A model generated the notes under the pieces. That model saw nothing but the letters and a program-made list of their open reading frames with translations, ran no database searches and was not told the origin of the DNA. A stretch of 32,000 bases of DNA from Megasphaera elsdenii DSM 20460 (GTDB taxonomy: Bacteria; Bacillota; Negativicutes; Veillonellales; Megasphaeraceae). Made by a program: the position numbers and the translations under genes. This document shows, in pieces, positions 15,680-25,340 of the stretch. Positions within the stretch are counted from its first letter, which is position 1. Every line of letters begins with the position of its first letter. Location of the stretch: NCBI RefSeq assembly GCF_003010495.1, contig NZ_CP027570.1:1590001-1622000 (forward strand), read 5' to 3'.

Positions 15680-15783
15680 CATATAACCAAAAGATTTTCT
15701 TTTTACCAGCAGGAGTTTGACAAGGCTGTGTAGAATATCTTAAGATAAACTAGTTATATCATAGTTGCTTGGAGGTAGTCATT

Positions 15784-16185
15784 ATGACACTCAGTTTATT
15801 TTGGTCGCGTTATACGCTGGAACTTCGGGAACAGCATTTGCGCGACGTCGATGAACTTTATCATTATCTCATTGCCCGGGAACGATGGAACTGGTTCCTG
15901 GCCAAGATCCCCGAACAGGCTCAGATCCAGATACTCCGGGGCCACAACCACGGGGAGGACTCCTGGACGTGCCGCAAGTGGCTCGACCACATGCTGGACT
16001 GGATCAAGGAAAACAAACCGCCTGCCGTCTATGATGCCGTCATCGACAAGATTCATATGATTGAAGACAAGCCTATTGAGGAACTGGAAAAACAGGCTGC
16101 CCGGAACATTTCGCCGGAAGAATTGGAAAAACTCCAGCGTGCCGGTTATTTTCAATGTATTGAGGCGCCGAAAAAAAGTGAATGA
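15784..16185 (+). CDS. Hypothetical Trp-rich cytoplasmic protein (133 aa)
   Basis: ATG 15784 is preceded by GGAGG at an 8-nt spacing. The track start at 15769 is a TTG. The stop overlaps the next ORF as ATGA. I recognise no motif. Confidence 0.6.
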   Translation: MTLSLFWSRYTLELREQHLRDVDELYHYLIARERWNWFLAKIPEQAQIQILRGHNHGEDSWTCRKWLDHMLDWIKENKPPAVYDAVIDKIHMIEDKPIEELEKQAARNISPEELEKLQRAGYFQCIEAPKKSE

Positions 16186-17510
16186 AAGCAGGTGAGGGAA
16201 TGACCTTTCTATTACGCATGATAACAGCTGCTGTCTTGTTCTTTTCCCTGGCAGCCGCCGCACCGGCTGCTGTCGTGCAGGCCGATTCCGTCCGCGTCCT
16301 GCCGATTTCCGGCGATATCGACGGCAGCCAGGCCGCCTTCATCCAGCGCGGTCTGCGCCAGGCCGCCGAAGAAGGGGATACGGCTGTCGTCATTACCATC
16401 AATACCTTGGGAGGCCGCGTGGACAGCGCCCTCAAAATCCGCGATATGCTCATGGCTTCCGACGTCCCGACCATCGCCTATGTCACGTCGCGGGCCTGGT
16501 CGGCCGGGGCCCTTATTGCCTTGTCGTGCCGCCATATCATCATGGCGCCGGGCAGCAGTATCGGCGCGGCCGAACCGATTCCCAACACGGAAAAGAACAT
16601 TGCCGCCTTAAAGGCCGAGTTCAGCGCGACAGCCGCCCAGAATGGCCATAATCCCGGTGTCGCCGAAGCCATGGTCGACAAATCCCAGGGCTATCCCGAT
16701 TATGCCGAACCGGGCAAGATATTGGCCTTATCTGACGGCCAGGCCAAGGAACTGAACGTGTCCGATGGCTCAGCCGATACGCTGTCCGAAGCCCTGGCCC
16801 TGTACAGCCTGGGCGATGCGTCATTGACGTACGTCGATAAGGATTGGCGCGACGACGTCGTCGGCATCTTGCAGAATCCCTATGTCCGGACCATCTTCGT
16901 CGCCTTGATCATCGCTGCCTTGCTGGCAGAAATCAAGATGGCCGGCATCGGCGCCGGCATCGCTACGGCCTTTGTCTTCGGCGGCCTGCTGCTCCTGTCG
17001 GGCAACGAGTCCCTGGCAGACGGCCTGAAAATCGTCGCCGCCTTTCTCGTCAGCCTGCTCTGCATCGGCCTGGAACTGGCGTCGCCCGGCGTCGGTATCT
17101 TCGGCCTGGCCGGCGTCGTCCTCTTGTTCGGCAGCCTGTTCTTCATGCTCGGGGCGACGTATGAAGCCGTCTACATCCTGGCTGGCGGGACGGTCCTGGC
17201 CATTATATTGTTTTATGTTGTCGGCAAGCACCTGCCCAAGAGCCGGCTCTTTGAAAAATTGACCCTCAAGAACCGTTCGACGAAAGAAAAGGGATATACG
17301 GCCCAGGCCGACTACAGCAAATATCTCTATGAACGGGGCAAGACCATTACTATCCTGCGTCCGTCCGGCACGATCCGCATCGGCAAAGAACGGGTCGACG
17401 CCGTGGCCAATGGGACTTTCATAGGCCGCGATGTCATCGTCCGCGTCGTCAAAGTCGAAGGCAGCCGCGTCGTCGTCGAACCGGAACCGGAACGCCATCC
17501 CAAACCCTGA
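16182..17510 (+). CDS. NfeD-family membrane-bound ClpP-class serine protease (YqeZ-like)
   Basis: It has a signal peptide, a ClpP-like domain ([16 protein letters not shown]...[12 protein letters not shown]), central TM segments and a C-terminal NfeD OB domain. An alternative start is ATG 16200. Confidence 0.85.
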   Translation: MKAGEGMTFLLRMITAAVLFFSLAAAAPAAVVQADSVRVLPISGDIDGSQAAFIQRGLRQAAEEGDTAVVITINTLGGRVDSALKIRDMLMASDVPTIAYVTSRAWSAGALIALSCRHIIMAPGSSIGAAEPIPNTEKNIAALKAEFSATAAQNGHNPGVAEAMVDKSQGYPDYAEPGKILALSDGQAKELNVSDGSADTLSEALALYSLGDASLTYVDKDWRDDVVGILQNPYVRTIFVALIIAALLAEIKMAGIGAGIATAFVFGGLLLLSGNESLADGLKIVAAFLVSLLCIGLELASPGVGIFGLAGVVLLFGSLFFMLGATYEAVYILAGGTVLAIILFYVVGKHLPKSRLFEKLTLKNRSTKEKGYTAQADYSKYLYERGKTITILRPSGTIRIGKERVDAVANGTFIGRDVIVRVVKVEGSRVVVEPEPERHPKP

Positions 17511-17524
17511 GAAGGAGGTATCTT

Positions 17525-18565
17525 ATGTCTATCGTATCCTTTTTAGCCGTACCGATCATCATCATCGCCGCCGCTGTCATCGTCGTATCCTTGTTCCTGC
17601 ACTTCGTGCCCATCGGCTTGTGGATCTCGGCCATGGCAGCCGGCGTCTCCGTAGGCATCGTCAACCTTATCGGCATGCGCCTGCGCCGGGTCATACCGTC
17701 CAAGATCATCCTGCCCCTGGTCAAGGCCAATAAAGCCGGCCTCGACGTCAACGTCAATCAGCTGGAAGCCCATTACCTGGCCGGCGGTGACGTCGACCGC
17801 GTCGTCGACGCCCTCATCGCGGCCCATCGGGCGACGATGTCCCTGACCTTTGAACGGGCCTGCGCCATCGACCTGGCCGGCCGCGACGTCCTGGAAGCCG
17901 TCCAGATGAGCGTCAATCCGAAAGTCATCGAAACGCCGTTCATCTCGGCTGTCGCCCAGAACGGCATCGAACTGAAGGTCCGGGCCCGGGTCACGGTCCG
18001 CGCCAACATCGACCGCCTCGTCGGCGGTGCCGGTGAAGCGACGGTCATCGCCCGCGTCGGCGAAGGCATCGTCACCAGCGTCGGCTCGGCACGGGACCAT
18101 TCGCAGGTCCTGGAGAATCCTGACGAAATCAGTAAGACCGTCCTCAGCAAGGGCCTCGACGCCGGGACGGCTTTTGAAATCTTGTCCATCGACATTGCCG
18201 ATGTCGACGTAGGCCGCAACATCGGCGCCCGATTGCAGACCGACCAGGCCGAAGCGGACAAGCAGATCGCCCAGGCCAAGGCCGAAGAACGGCGGGCCAT
18301 GGCTGTCGCCAAAGAGCAGGAAATGCAGGCTTATACCCAGGAAATGCAGGCCAAGGTCGTCGAAGCCCAGGCCGAAGTCCCCCTGGCCCTGGCCCAGGCC
18401 CTGCGCGAAGGCAAGTTGGGCGTCATGGACTATTATAATATGAAGAATATCATGGCCGATACGGAGATGCGGAATGCCGTCGCCCAGGCCGGCGTCCCCA
18501 AGACCCAGTCGGTCCCGACCGGGCAGGACAGTCATCACGACGACCGGGGTCCGGCCGGAAAGTAG
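17525..18565 (+). CDS. floA: Flotillin-like protein FloA (UPF0365/YqfA family)
   Basis: 346 aa. It has an N-terminal TM hairpin followed by [43 protein letters not shown], typical of FloA. RBS aaggagg is present. Confidence 0.9.
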   Translation: MSIVSFLAVPIIIIAAAVIVVSLFLHFVPIGLWISAMAAGVSVGIVNLIGMRLRRVIPSKIILPLVKANKAGLDVNVNQLEAHYLAGGDVDRVVDALIAAHRATMSLTFERACAIDLAGRDVLEAVQMSVNPKVIETPFISAVAQNGIELKVRARVTVRANIDRLVGGAGEATVIARVGEGIVTSVGSARDHSQVLENPDEISKTVLSKGLDAGTAFEILSIDIADVDVGRNIGARLQTDQAEADKQIAQAKAEERRAMAVAKEQEMQAYTQEMQAKVVEAQAEVPLALAQALREGKLGVMDYYNMKNIMADTEMRNAVAQAGVPKTQSVPTGQDSHHDDRGPAGK

Positions 18566-18574
18566 GTGAGGTCC

Positions 18575-18973
18575 ATGGATATGCTATGGCTCATCGTGGC
18601 CTTTGTCCTGATGGCGGCCTTGCCCGACATCTTGCGCCGCCGCCGGCACTATGCCAAACGGAAAGGCCCTATTCCTATACCGCCGCGGCGTAAGCCGGCA
18701 CCGGCCAGGACGCCGGCTCCGGCCGAATCCGCAGAAGAAGCGGACCGGGAGGCTTCGATGACAGAAACGGCCGCTCCGGCGCAGGCGCCCAGCGTGCCAG
18801 CCGCGATGCCGGCCCGTCCGGCTGCGGTATCGCCCGTATCCGTGCCCCAGCGCGTCCGCCCGGCGGCCTGGAGCCAGCTGACGCCACAGGCGCGGGAGCT
18901 CTACGCCGGCTTTGTCTGGTCCGAAATATGGCAGGAACCGTTGGCTCATCGTCAGCGGTCAATTAAAAAATAG
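18575..18973 (+). CDS. Small membrane-anchored Pro/Ala-rich protein (third gene of the nfeD-floA operon)
   Basis: It has an N-terminal TM (LWLIVAFVLMAAL), then a basic and Pro/Ala-rich low-complexity tail. ATG 18575 follows aggtgagg. Coding status is supported mainly by its operon position. Confidence 0.55.
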   Translation: MDMLWLIVAFVLMAALPDILRRRRHYAKRKGPIPIPPRRKPAPARTPAPAESAEEADREASMTETAAPAQAPSVPAAMPARPAAVSPVSVPQRVRPAAWSQLTPQARELYAGFVWSEIWQEPLAHRQRSIKK

Positions 18974-18989
18974 AGAGGATTTATCACAA

Positions 18990-19721
18990 ATGATTCAAGA
19001 AAAAGAAGTAGGTATCAAGGGTATCCCCGGACTGGTCATCACGTCTGGGGAAAAAGCGAAAGGCGTCGTCTTGTTCTATCATGGCTGGTCGTCGCAGAAA
19101 GAATTTCAGGCCGTCCGCGGCCGCATCCTGGCCTCGTATGGCTACGATGTCGTCATTCCCGACGCCGTCAACCATGGCTGCCGCGGCACGCTGGACTATG
19201 AATCGAAGATCGTATACCCCGATTTCTGGCAGACCATTTTCCAGAACATGACGGAAGTCCCGCTCATGCTGGAATATATCCAGGAAAACTGGCCCGATAC
19301 GCCCATTGCCGTCATGGGACATTCCATGGGCGGCTTCACGGCTCTCGGCGCCATGAGCTTGTTCAAGGAATTTAAGACGGCTGTCGTCATGAACGGTTCC
19401 GGCTGGTGGGATGAATCGGAACGGCGCTTCCGTGCGTCCCTGCACATTGAAAAGCCCCGGGCCTACCGCTTCATCCAGATGCAGTTCGCTGCCATGGATC
19501 CCTATACCCACATGGACCGTCTCAGCGGCCGATCCCTCTTGTCCCTCCGCGGCGGCGCCGACGATGTCGTCGATGGGGCTGCCCAGGAACTCTATCTGGA
19601 AAAACTGGCCCAGCGCGATGACGTCAAGACCCAGTCCATCGTCTACGATGACCTCGGCCATTTCGTCACGACCAATATGATGGGCGATGCCGTCAACTGG
19701 CTCCAGGCAGAGCTGCATTAA
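18990..19721 (+). CDS. Alpha/beta hydrolase (esterase/peptidase S9-like)
   Basis: Start is placed at ATG 18990 with RBS agagagga. The nucleophile elbow GHSMGG and a C-terminal DDLGHF (catalytic His) are present. Confidence 0.85.
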   Translation: MIQEKEVGIKGIPGLVITSGEKAKGVVLFYHGWSSQKEFQAVRGRILASYGYDVVIPDAVNHGCRGTLDYESKIVYPDFWQTIFQNMTEVPLMLEYIQENWPDTPIAVMGHSMGGFTALGAMSLFKEFKTAVVMNGSGWWDESERRFRASLHIEKPRAYRFIQMQFAAMDPYTHMDRLSGRSLLSLRGGADDVVDGAAQELYLEKLAQRDDVKTQSIVYDDLGHFVTTNMMGDAVNWLQAELH

Positions 19722-19845
19722 GGAAAAAAAGAAAATACTTTAAAATGACAAGAAGTAAAACCTTTTCCTATAAAAATAATTAAATGAATTACGGCAAAAT
19801 ACTTTACAAAATTTAAAAAGTGAGTATAATATACGTATAAACAAG

Positions 19846-19930
19846 AAACCGCAAGGACGCGGAGTGTAAGAAATCATTCATCGTTACGATAGAAATGATT
19901 TTCTCCCGTCCTTGCGGTTTTATATTTTTT
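19846..19930 (+). terminator. Long extended hairpin plus T-run, either the terminator of the floA/hydrolase operon or a leader attenuator of the permease gene
   Basis: An 18-bp outer stem aaaccgcaaggacg(c)ggag/ctcccgtccttgcggttt, an inner 8-bp stem aaatcatt/aatgattt, and an apical stem atcg/cgat, followed by ttttatatttttt. Confidence 0.7.
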
Positions 19931-19977
19931 ATGGTTATCATTCATGTATCAGGGGATGTATAACAGGGGGGATAGGT

Positions 19978-21465
19978 ATGTCAAAGAATATTTTCCGAAC
20001 AAAAAGCATCAATCAGTTCCTATCGGAAACGAAACAAGACGGCGGCATGAACCGCGTCCTGGGGACGTTCGGTCTGACTATGTTGGGCATCGGCTGTATC
20101 GTCGGCACGGGGATTTTCGTCCTGACCGGGATTGCAGCGGCTAATTTTTCCGGGCCGGCCCTGGTCATTTCCTTCGTCATCGCAGCCCTGGCCTGTGGCT
20201 GTGCCGCGCTTTGTTATTCTGAATTTGCAGCCATGATTCCCGTAGCCGGCAGTGCTTACACCTACGGTTACGTGGCTTTAGGCGAATTTTGGGCCTGGGT
20301 CATCGGCTGGGATTTGATTTTGGAATATACCCTGGCGCTGAGCGCCGTTTCCATCGGCTGGTCCGGCTATTTCGGTAATATCCTGACGAATTTGGGCCTG
20401 GCCTTGCCGAAAGAGTTCATTACGGCACCGGAAGAAGGGGGCCTCATCAATTTGCCGGCCATGGCCATTATCTGGATCATCACTTTGATCAATATGAAGG
20501 GCATTACTCAGAGCTCCCTGGTCAATGACATCATCGTCGTCATCAAGCTGGCTGTCGTCGGCCTGTTCATCGCCCTCGGCGTCAGCCATGTCGACCCGGC
20601 TAACTGGACGCCTTTTATGCCCTATGGCTGGTCCGGTGTCTTTACCGGCGCTTCGGTCATCTTCTTTGCTTACATCGGCTTCGACGCCGTTTCGACGGCA
20701 GCTGAAGAAGTCAAGAATCCGCAGAAAGATTTGCCTCGCGGCATCATCTTATCGCTGGTCATCTGCACGGTCTTGTACATTGCCGTATCGGCTATCCTGA
20801 CCGGCATGGTCCCGTACTTGCAGTTCAAGACGACGGCCGCTCCCGTTGCCTATGCTCTGCAGCTCGTCGGTTATCATTGGGGTGCCGCTGCCGTATCGGT
20901 CGGCGCTATCTGCGGCCTCACGTCGGTTCTCCTGGTCATGTGCCTCGGCCAGAGCCGTATCCTCTTCGTCATGTCCCGTGACGGCCTGCTGCCGCGCTTC
21001 TTCGGCCATATCAACCAGAAGACCAAGACGCCGGTCCGCAGTTCCTTGTTAGTCGCCGTCGTATCGTCCATCCTGGCCGGCCTCGTTCCTATCGGCGTCG
21101 TCGCCGAAATGGTCAATATCGGCACGTTAGGGGCTTTCATCATCGTCTCGGCGTCGGTCATCATCCTTCGCAAGAAGGCACCGGACCGCGTCCGTCCGTT
21201 CCGCTGCCCCTTGGTTCCGCTCATTCCGATTTTGGCGATCCTCTTCTGCGGCGTCCTGGTCGTCATGCTGCCGACGATTACGCAGATCCGCTTCGTCGTA
21301 TGGCTGGCCATCGGCCTGGTCATCTACTTTGGCTATGGCTATAAGCACAGCATCATCACCAAAGCCCAGAAAGGTACCCTGACGGCTCCCGTTTCCGCGG
21401 CGGCTGAAGAACCGGCTCAGGCTCCGGCCCTTCACGAAGGAGCTCATTCCACTATTGAACACTGA
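19978..21465 (+). CDS. APC-family amino acid permease (cationic amino acid transporter/YfnA-like)
   Basis: Start is placed at ATG 19978 (MSKNIFRTKSINQF...). Motifs are GIGCIVGTGIFVLTG and SEFAAMIPVAGSAYTY, with about 13-14 TM segments. Confidence 0.88.
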   Translation: MSKNIFRTKSINQFLSETKQDGGMNRVLGTFGLTMLGIGCIVGTGIFVLTGIAAANFSGPALVISFVIAALACGCAALCYSEFAAMIPVAGSAYTYGYVALGEFWAWVIGWDLILEYTLALSAVSIGWSGYFGNILTNLGLALPKEFITAPEEGGLINLPAMAIIWIITLINMKGITQSSLVNDIIVVIKLAVVGLFIALGVSHVDPANWTPFMPYGWSGVFTGASVIFFAYIGFDAVSTAAEEVKNPQKDLPRGIILSLVICTVLYIAVSAILTGMVPYLQFKTTAAPVAYALQLVGYHWGAAAVSVGAICGLTSVLLVMCLGQSRILFVMSRDGLLPRFFGHINQKTKTPVRSSLLVAVVSSILAGLVPIGVVAEMVNIGTLGAFIIVSASVIILRKKAPDRVRPFRCPLVPLIPILAILFCGVLVVMLPTITQIRFVVWLAIGLVIYFGYGYKHSIITKAQKGTLTAPVSAAAEEPAQAPALHEGAHSTIEH

Positions 21466-21597
21466 CGCATTCTATATATCGACAGAAAAAGACCCGCCCT
21501 CTCCCCTGGCCGGGCCTTTTTCTTGCCCTTGAAGCTAGCCGCCGGCCGTGATTTTTTTTGTAGCCTGCGTTCTTTTTCATCGTCTGTATGCGATTTC

Positions 21598-21625
21598 GTA
21601 GGGGCCGTCTCAACGGGCGGCCCGC
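21598..21625 (+). repeat. REP-like unit GTAGGGGCCGTC-tcaacg-GGCGGCCCGC
   Basis: Same arms as the units at 25259, 29274 and 29468, with a different loop. Confidence 0.7.
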
Positions 21626-21700
21626 TCCAGAATATGTGTGATTTCCCAGACCGGACTACAGGGGCATCGTCCCCATATCCGGCAGCATCAGCCACCCGAC

Positions 21701-21749
21701 GCTAACCACGAACCACGAACCACGAGCCACGAACCACTAGCCACTAGCC
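21701..21749 (-). repeat. Heptad array (ccacgaa/ccacgag/ccactag units as read on the plus strand)
   Basis: Seven consecutive 7-nt units read directly. Confidence 0.75.
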
Positions 21750-21807
21750 CCCCATTTGTGGTAAAGTAGAGCCATGCGAAATATCATTGCAGAGGGGAGC
21801 TAGGAGA

Positions 21808-22782
21808 ATGGAAAAAAAGAAGATCTATGTATTGGCCTGCGGCGGGACCATTGCCGGCAAGGCTGCGTCTGCCGACGATTTGACGGGGTATGCTGCCGGG
21901 CAGACATCGGTCGGCGAATTGCTGGCCGCCGTACCGGAACTGGCTGAGTATGCCGATGTAGAAGGCGAGCAGTTCTGCAATATCGACAGTTCGGACATGA
22001 CCGAAGCCTTATGGCAGTCCCTGGCCAGCCGGGTACAGGAAGTGGCTGACCGGGAAGACGTGGACGGCATCGTCATCACCCACGGCACGGATACTATGGA
22101 GGAAACGGCCTATTTCCTCGACCTCACGGTCCACACCATCAAGCCTGTCGTCCTGACGGGCTCCATGCGGCCTTCGACGGCCATCAGTGCCGACGGGCCT
22201 TTGAACCTGTTGGAAGCCGTCCAGGCGGCGTCCTGGGCGGAATTGGGGAAATACGGCGTCGTCATCGTCATGAACAGCACCGTTCACAGCGCCCGCTTCG
22301 TCGAAAAGACCGATACGACCCATGCCGATACTTTCAAAGGCCGCCAGATGGGCTGCCTGGGCTACATGCAGGACGGCCGGACGTACTTGTACCAGCAGCC
22401 CCTGCGCAAGCATACGTGGTCGTCGGACTTGGCGTCTCCCAAAGACTTGCCGCCCGTGGCCATCGCCTATACCTATGTAGGCCTTACGGCCGATGACGTG
22501 TGCCGTCTGGCCCAGGGGAAGGCCGGTCTGGTCCTGGCCGGCCTCGGTCACGGTAAAGTGCCGGAACCGGTCTGGCAGGCCTTGCAGTCCCTCATGGCAC
22601 AAGGGCTCGTCGTCGTCCGCGCTGCCCGCGCCCTGGGAGGGATGGTCACGCCGGTCCCGGCTTATGACGGGACGATTACGGCTGATTCCCTGACGCCGCA
22701 GAAGGCCAAGATCCTCTTGCAGCTGGCCCTGGCCCATACGACGGACCGGGACAAGATACAGGCCATCTTCGACACGTACTGA
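21808..22782 (+). CDS. L-asparaginase, type II (AnsB-like) family, no signal peptide
   Basis: Start is placed at ATG 21808 with RBS aggag. Motifs are LACGGTIAG (catalytic Thr), HGTDTMEETAYFLDL and GSMRPSTAISADGP. Confidence 0.9.
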   Translation: MEKKKIYVLACGGTIAGKAASADDLTGYAAGQTSVGELLAAVPELAEYADVEGEQFCNIDSSDMTEALWQSLASRVQEVADREDVDGIVITHGTDTMEETAYFLDLTVHTIKPVVLTGSMRPSTAISADGPLNLLEAVQAASWAELGKYGVVIVMNSTVHSARFVEKTDTTHADTFKGRQMGCLGYMQDGRTYLYQQPLRKHTWSSDLASPKDLPPVAIAYTYVGLTADDVCRLAQGKAGLVLAGLGHGKVPEPVWQALQSLMAQGLVVVRAARALGGMVTPVPAYDGTITADSLTPQKAKILLQLALAHTTDRDKIQAIFDTY

Positions 22783-22908
22783 GCCTTTCCTTTCGCGGCG
22801 ATATGCCTTCCCTAATGGGGCGGGGTGTGATAAAATAAATAAGATAAAACATAGGTATGCAATCCCTGTATCCTTTACGACACTGACATAGATAGGAGCG
22901 AATGAATC

Positions 22909-23937
22909 ATGAATAAGTACAAAAAATTGATGGCCATTACGGCCATGACGGCAGCTCTCGGCACGTCGGCTTTCGCCGCATCCACCGGGATCACGGACAT
23001 CAGCAATTATTGGGGCAAAGCGGCCATCCAGTATTTCTATAACCAGCACTACATCAGCGGCACCAACGGCCAGTTCCGCCCGAATGAAGACATTACCCGT
23101 GAAGGCGCTGCGGCCATCATCAACAACATGATCGGTGAAGATTCCAAAGTCAAGACGACGAATTTCAGCGACGTCAAAGGCCGCTGGTCTGAACGGGCCA
23201 TTGCCTCGCTGGTCGACAAACAGATCATGAGCGGTTACAGCAACGGCACGTTCAAGCCGGAACAGAAGATCACCCGTGAAGAATTTGCCGTCATCGCCTA
23301 CAACTACATGACCTATAAAGGCATGAGCACCCTCGAAGGCGCTGCACCTTATGCCGACGAAGCCAAGATTTCCAGCTGGGCCCGCCAGGCCGTCGATGCC
23401 CTGGCTGCTGCCGGCTATATGAAGGGCGGCAACTACAACATGTTCAACCCGAAACAGTACGTCACCCGCGGGGAAGCCGTCAACGTCCTCTACCGCATCC
23501 TGACGGGCGTCAAGGAAACGACGCAGAGCCAGGACGGCCTGGAAGCCAAGGCCTTCAAGGACATCAAAGACGTCTATGGTTCGGTCAAGGCCTTTGCCGC
23601 TGACGGCATCATGTACTGGCAGGGCGATAAGCTCCACATCGGCGTCAAGGATCCGAAGAACAAGCAGAAACTGGCCGACGCCATTGCCGCCGACAAGGAT
23701 ATCCCGGCTGAATCGGTCTACGTCCAGAAATCGACGTACAGCTACGACGATTATAAGAACCTCATGGCTCAGGCCGAAAAGATTTACAAGGCCACGGAAG
23801 CGACGAACGCCACCGTTTCGACCGAACCGGATTACCTCAATGAAAAGGTCGTCCTCACAGTCAGCTCCATTTCTAAAGAAACGCAGAATAATCTCAATAA
23901 AGCCCTGGGCAGTGCCCTTCGCATCGTCATTCAGTAA
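22909..23937 (+). CDS. Secreted SLH-domain protein (three SLH repeats plus an unknown C-terminal domain)
   Basis: It has a signal peptide (AMTAALGTSAFAA) and three SLH repeats of about 55 aa (e.g. FSDVKGRWSERAIASLVDKQIMSGYSNGTFKPEQKITREEFA). Confidence 0.85.
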   Translation: MNKYKKLMAITAMTAALGTSAFAASTGITDISNYWGKAAIQYFYNQHYISGTNGQFRPNEDITREGAAAIINNMIGEDSKVKTTNFSDVKGRWSERAIASLVDKQIMSGYSNGTFKPEQKITREEFAVIAYNYMTYKGMSTLEGAAPYADEAKISSWARQAVDALAAAGYMKGGNYNMFNPKQYVTRGEAVNVLYRILTGVKETTQSQDGLEAKAFKDIKDVYGSVKAFAADGIMYWQGDKLHIGVKDPKNKQKLADAIAADKDIPAESVYVQKSTYSYDDYKNLMAQAEKIYKATEATNATVSTEPDYLNEKVVLTVSSISKETQNNLNKALGSALRIVIQ

Positions 23938-23958
23938 TCGCAGCAGAGGAGGATTTTC

Positions 23959-25167
23959 ATGGTACGGAACAAAATCATTGCCTTTCTGGCAGCCGCTGCC
24001 CTCTTGTCAGTCAGTGCCGTTTCGGCCGATGCCCCTTATACGGACCTGGACAGCCTGACCGACCGCGCTGCCGTCGATTATCTCTATGACGCACAGTGCC
24101 TGACCTTCATTACAGGGACTTCCTTCGAACCGGACCGGGTCCTGACCCGCGGCGACCTGGCCCAGCTGCTCTATAATTCGGCAGCCAACATCCCCCTGGC
24201 ACCCCTCGGCGCTGCCAGCTATGGTGATGTGCCGTCCGGAACGGCGGGTGACGCCATGAACAGCGTCGCTGCCCAAGGCATCCTGGCCGGTTATGAAGAC
24301 GGGAATTTCCATCCCGAAGCGCCTGTGAGCCGCGAAGAGTTCGCCGGCGTCCTGTATCGCTACTTGCAGTACAATCACCTGGCCGACCCGGATCAGGATG
24401 TCAAGCCCTACGCCGATGCCGCGTCCATCGCTCCGGCCTATGCCAAAGCCATCGACGTCCTGCACAGCAAGAACATTATGGTGCCGGCAGACAATTATTT
24501 CCGGCCCAAAGAAGGCATGACCCGGGCCGATGCGGCTCAGGTATTTTACCGGCTCATGCATTCCGATGGCGATTATACGTCCCATGTCCAGGTCGAATCG
24601 CAGGTCATCAAGGCCATCAATGCCGAATACGGCTCGGTGCCGATTTACTTCCGCAGCGGTACGATGTACTGGGATGGCGATACCCTTGTCCTGGGCATCA
24701 AGGGCGCTCCCAGCAAGTACTTGAAACAGCGCCTCCGCGATGATGTGGCTAAAACGTCGGCCGTCCAGATCCGCCGCGCCGCCTTGAGCCACAGCGATTA
24801 CAGCCAGCTCATGACTAAGGCCATCCACTGCGTCGTCGACAACGAAGGCGTCCAGAACTACGTCGGCGCCCTGCCGGACTATGTCCATGAACAGATCGTC
24901 CTCACCGTCCGCCATCCCGTCAGCAAGGCCACCCTGGCCGAACTGGCCAAACGCGTCGGTACGGGACGGGTCCGCCTGGAAACGGCTCCCATTGCCGGTC
25001 AGGCTCCCATCGTCCAGGTAGCCGGACAGATGGAAGAAACAGCCGGTACGGATACGACGGCAACGACAGAAAATTCCAAAAAAGAAGTAAAGCAAGTCTA
25101 CTCGACCTTACTGGACGATGCCACGACCAGTGCCATCACCTCCGTCCAGAACGACGTGATGAAGTAG
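23959..25167 (+). CDS. Secreted SLH-domain protein, paralog of 22909..23937
   Basis: It has a signal peptide, three SLH repeats, and a C-terminal region alignable with the upstream paralog (YGSV...MYW.GD.L..G.K...DY..LM...PDY..E..VLTV). The Thr-rich tail is unique to this copy. Confidence 0.85.
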   Translation: MVRNKIIAFLAAAALLSVSAVSADAPYTDLDSLTDRAAVDYLYDAQCLTFITGTSFEPDRVLTRGDLAQLLYNSAANIPLAPLGAASYGDVPSGTAGDAMNSVAAQGILAGYEDGNFHPEAPVSREEFAGVLYRYLQYNHLADPDQDVKPYADAASIAPAYAKAIDVLHSKNIMVPADNYFRPKEGMTRADAAQVFYRLMHSDGDYTSHVQVESQVIKAINAEYGSVPIYFRSGTMYWDGDTLVLGIKGAPSKYLKQRLRDDVAKTSAVQIRRAALSHSDYSQLMTKAIHCVVDNEGVQNYVGALPDYVHEQIVLTVRHPVSKATLAELAKRVGTGRVRLETAPIAGQAPIVQVAGQMEETAGTDTTATTENSKKEVKQVYSTLLDDATTSAITSVQNDVMK

Positions 25168-25202
25168 TTTGGTGGCTCGTGATTCGTGGTTCGTTGTTCG
25201 TA
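25168..25202 (+). repeat. Heptad array gtggctc/gtgattc/gtggttc/gttgttc starting immediately after the stop codon
   Basis: Read directly. The stop TAG (25165-25167) sits inside GTAG. Confidence 0.75.
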
Positions 25203-25203
25203 T

Positions 25204-25240
25204 AAAAAAAGAGAACTGTCATAAGACAGTTCTCTTTTTT
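25204..25240. terminator. Bidirectional intrinsic terminator between convergent genes
   Basis: A7, stem gagaactgtc/gacagttctc, T6. Confidence 0.85.
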
Positions 25241-25258
25241 ACTAGCCCCTAGCCCCAG

Positions 25259-25340
25259 GCGGGCCGCCCTTTGGGACGGCCCCTACGAACCACGAACCAC
25301 GAGCCATGAGCCACGAGCCATGAGCCACGAGCCACGAGGC
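25259..25340 (-). repeat. REP-like unit (25259-25286, minus orientation) plus a heptad array (25287-25340) abutting the stop of the HAD gene
   Basis: The reverse complement reads gtggctc/atggctc heptads, then GTAGGGGCCGTC-ccaaag-GGCGGCCCGC. Confidence 0.75.

Noticed and set aside
17543-18538. 331-aa minus-strand ORF antisense to floA. Similar antisense ORFs occur at 24007-25095, 26579-27763, 13339-14271, 14806-15660, 16821-17498 and 10138-11034.
   Set aside because: All of these are antisense to genes with strong family signatures and have the Asp/Gly/Arg-rich composition characteristic of out-of-frame GC-rich translation.
22009-23637. 542-aa minus-strand ORF spanning the asparaginase and SLH genes and the intergenic region between them
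   Set aside because: It crosses two well-supported plus-strand genes and their intergenic region. It has no RBS and no motifs, so I treat it as an antisense artefact.
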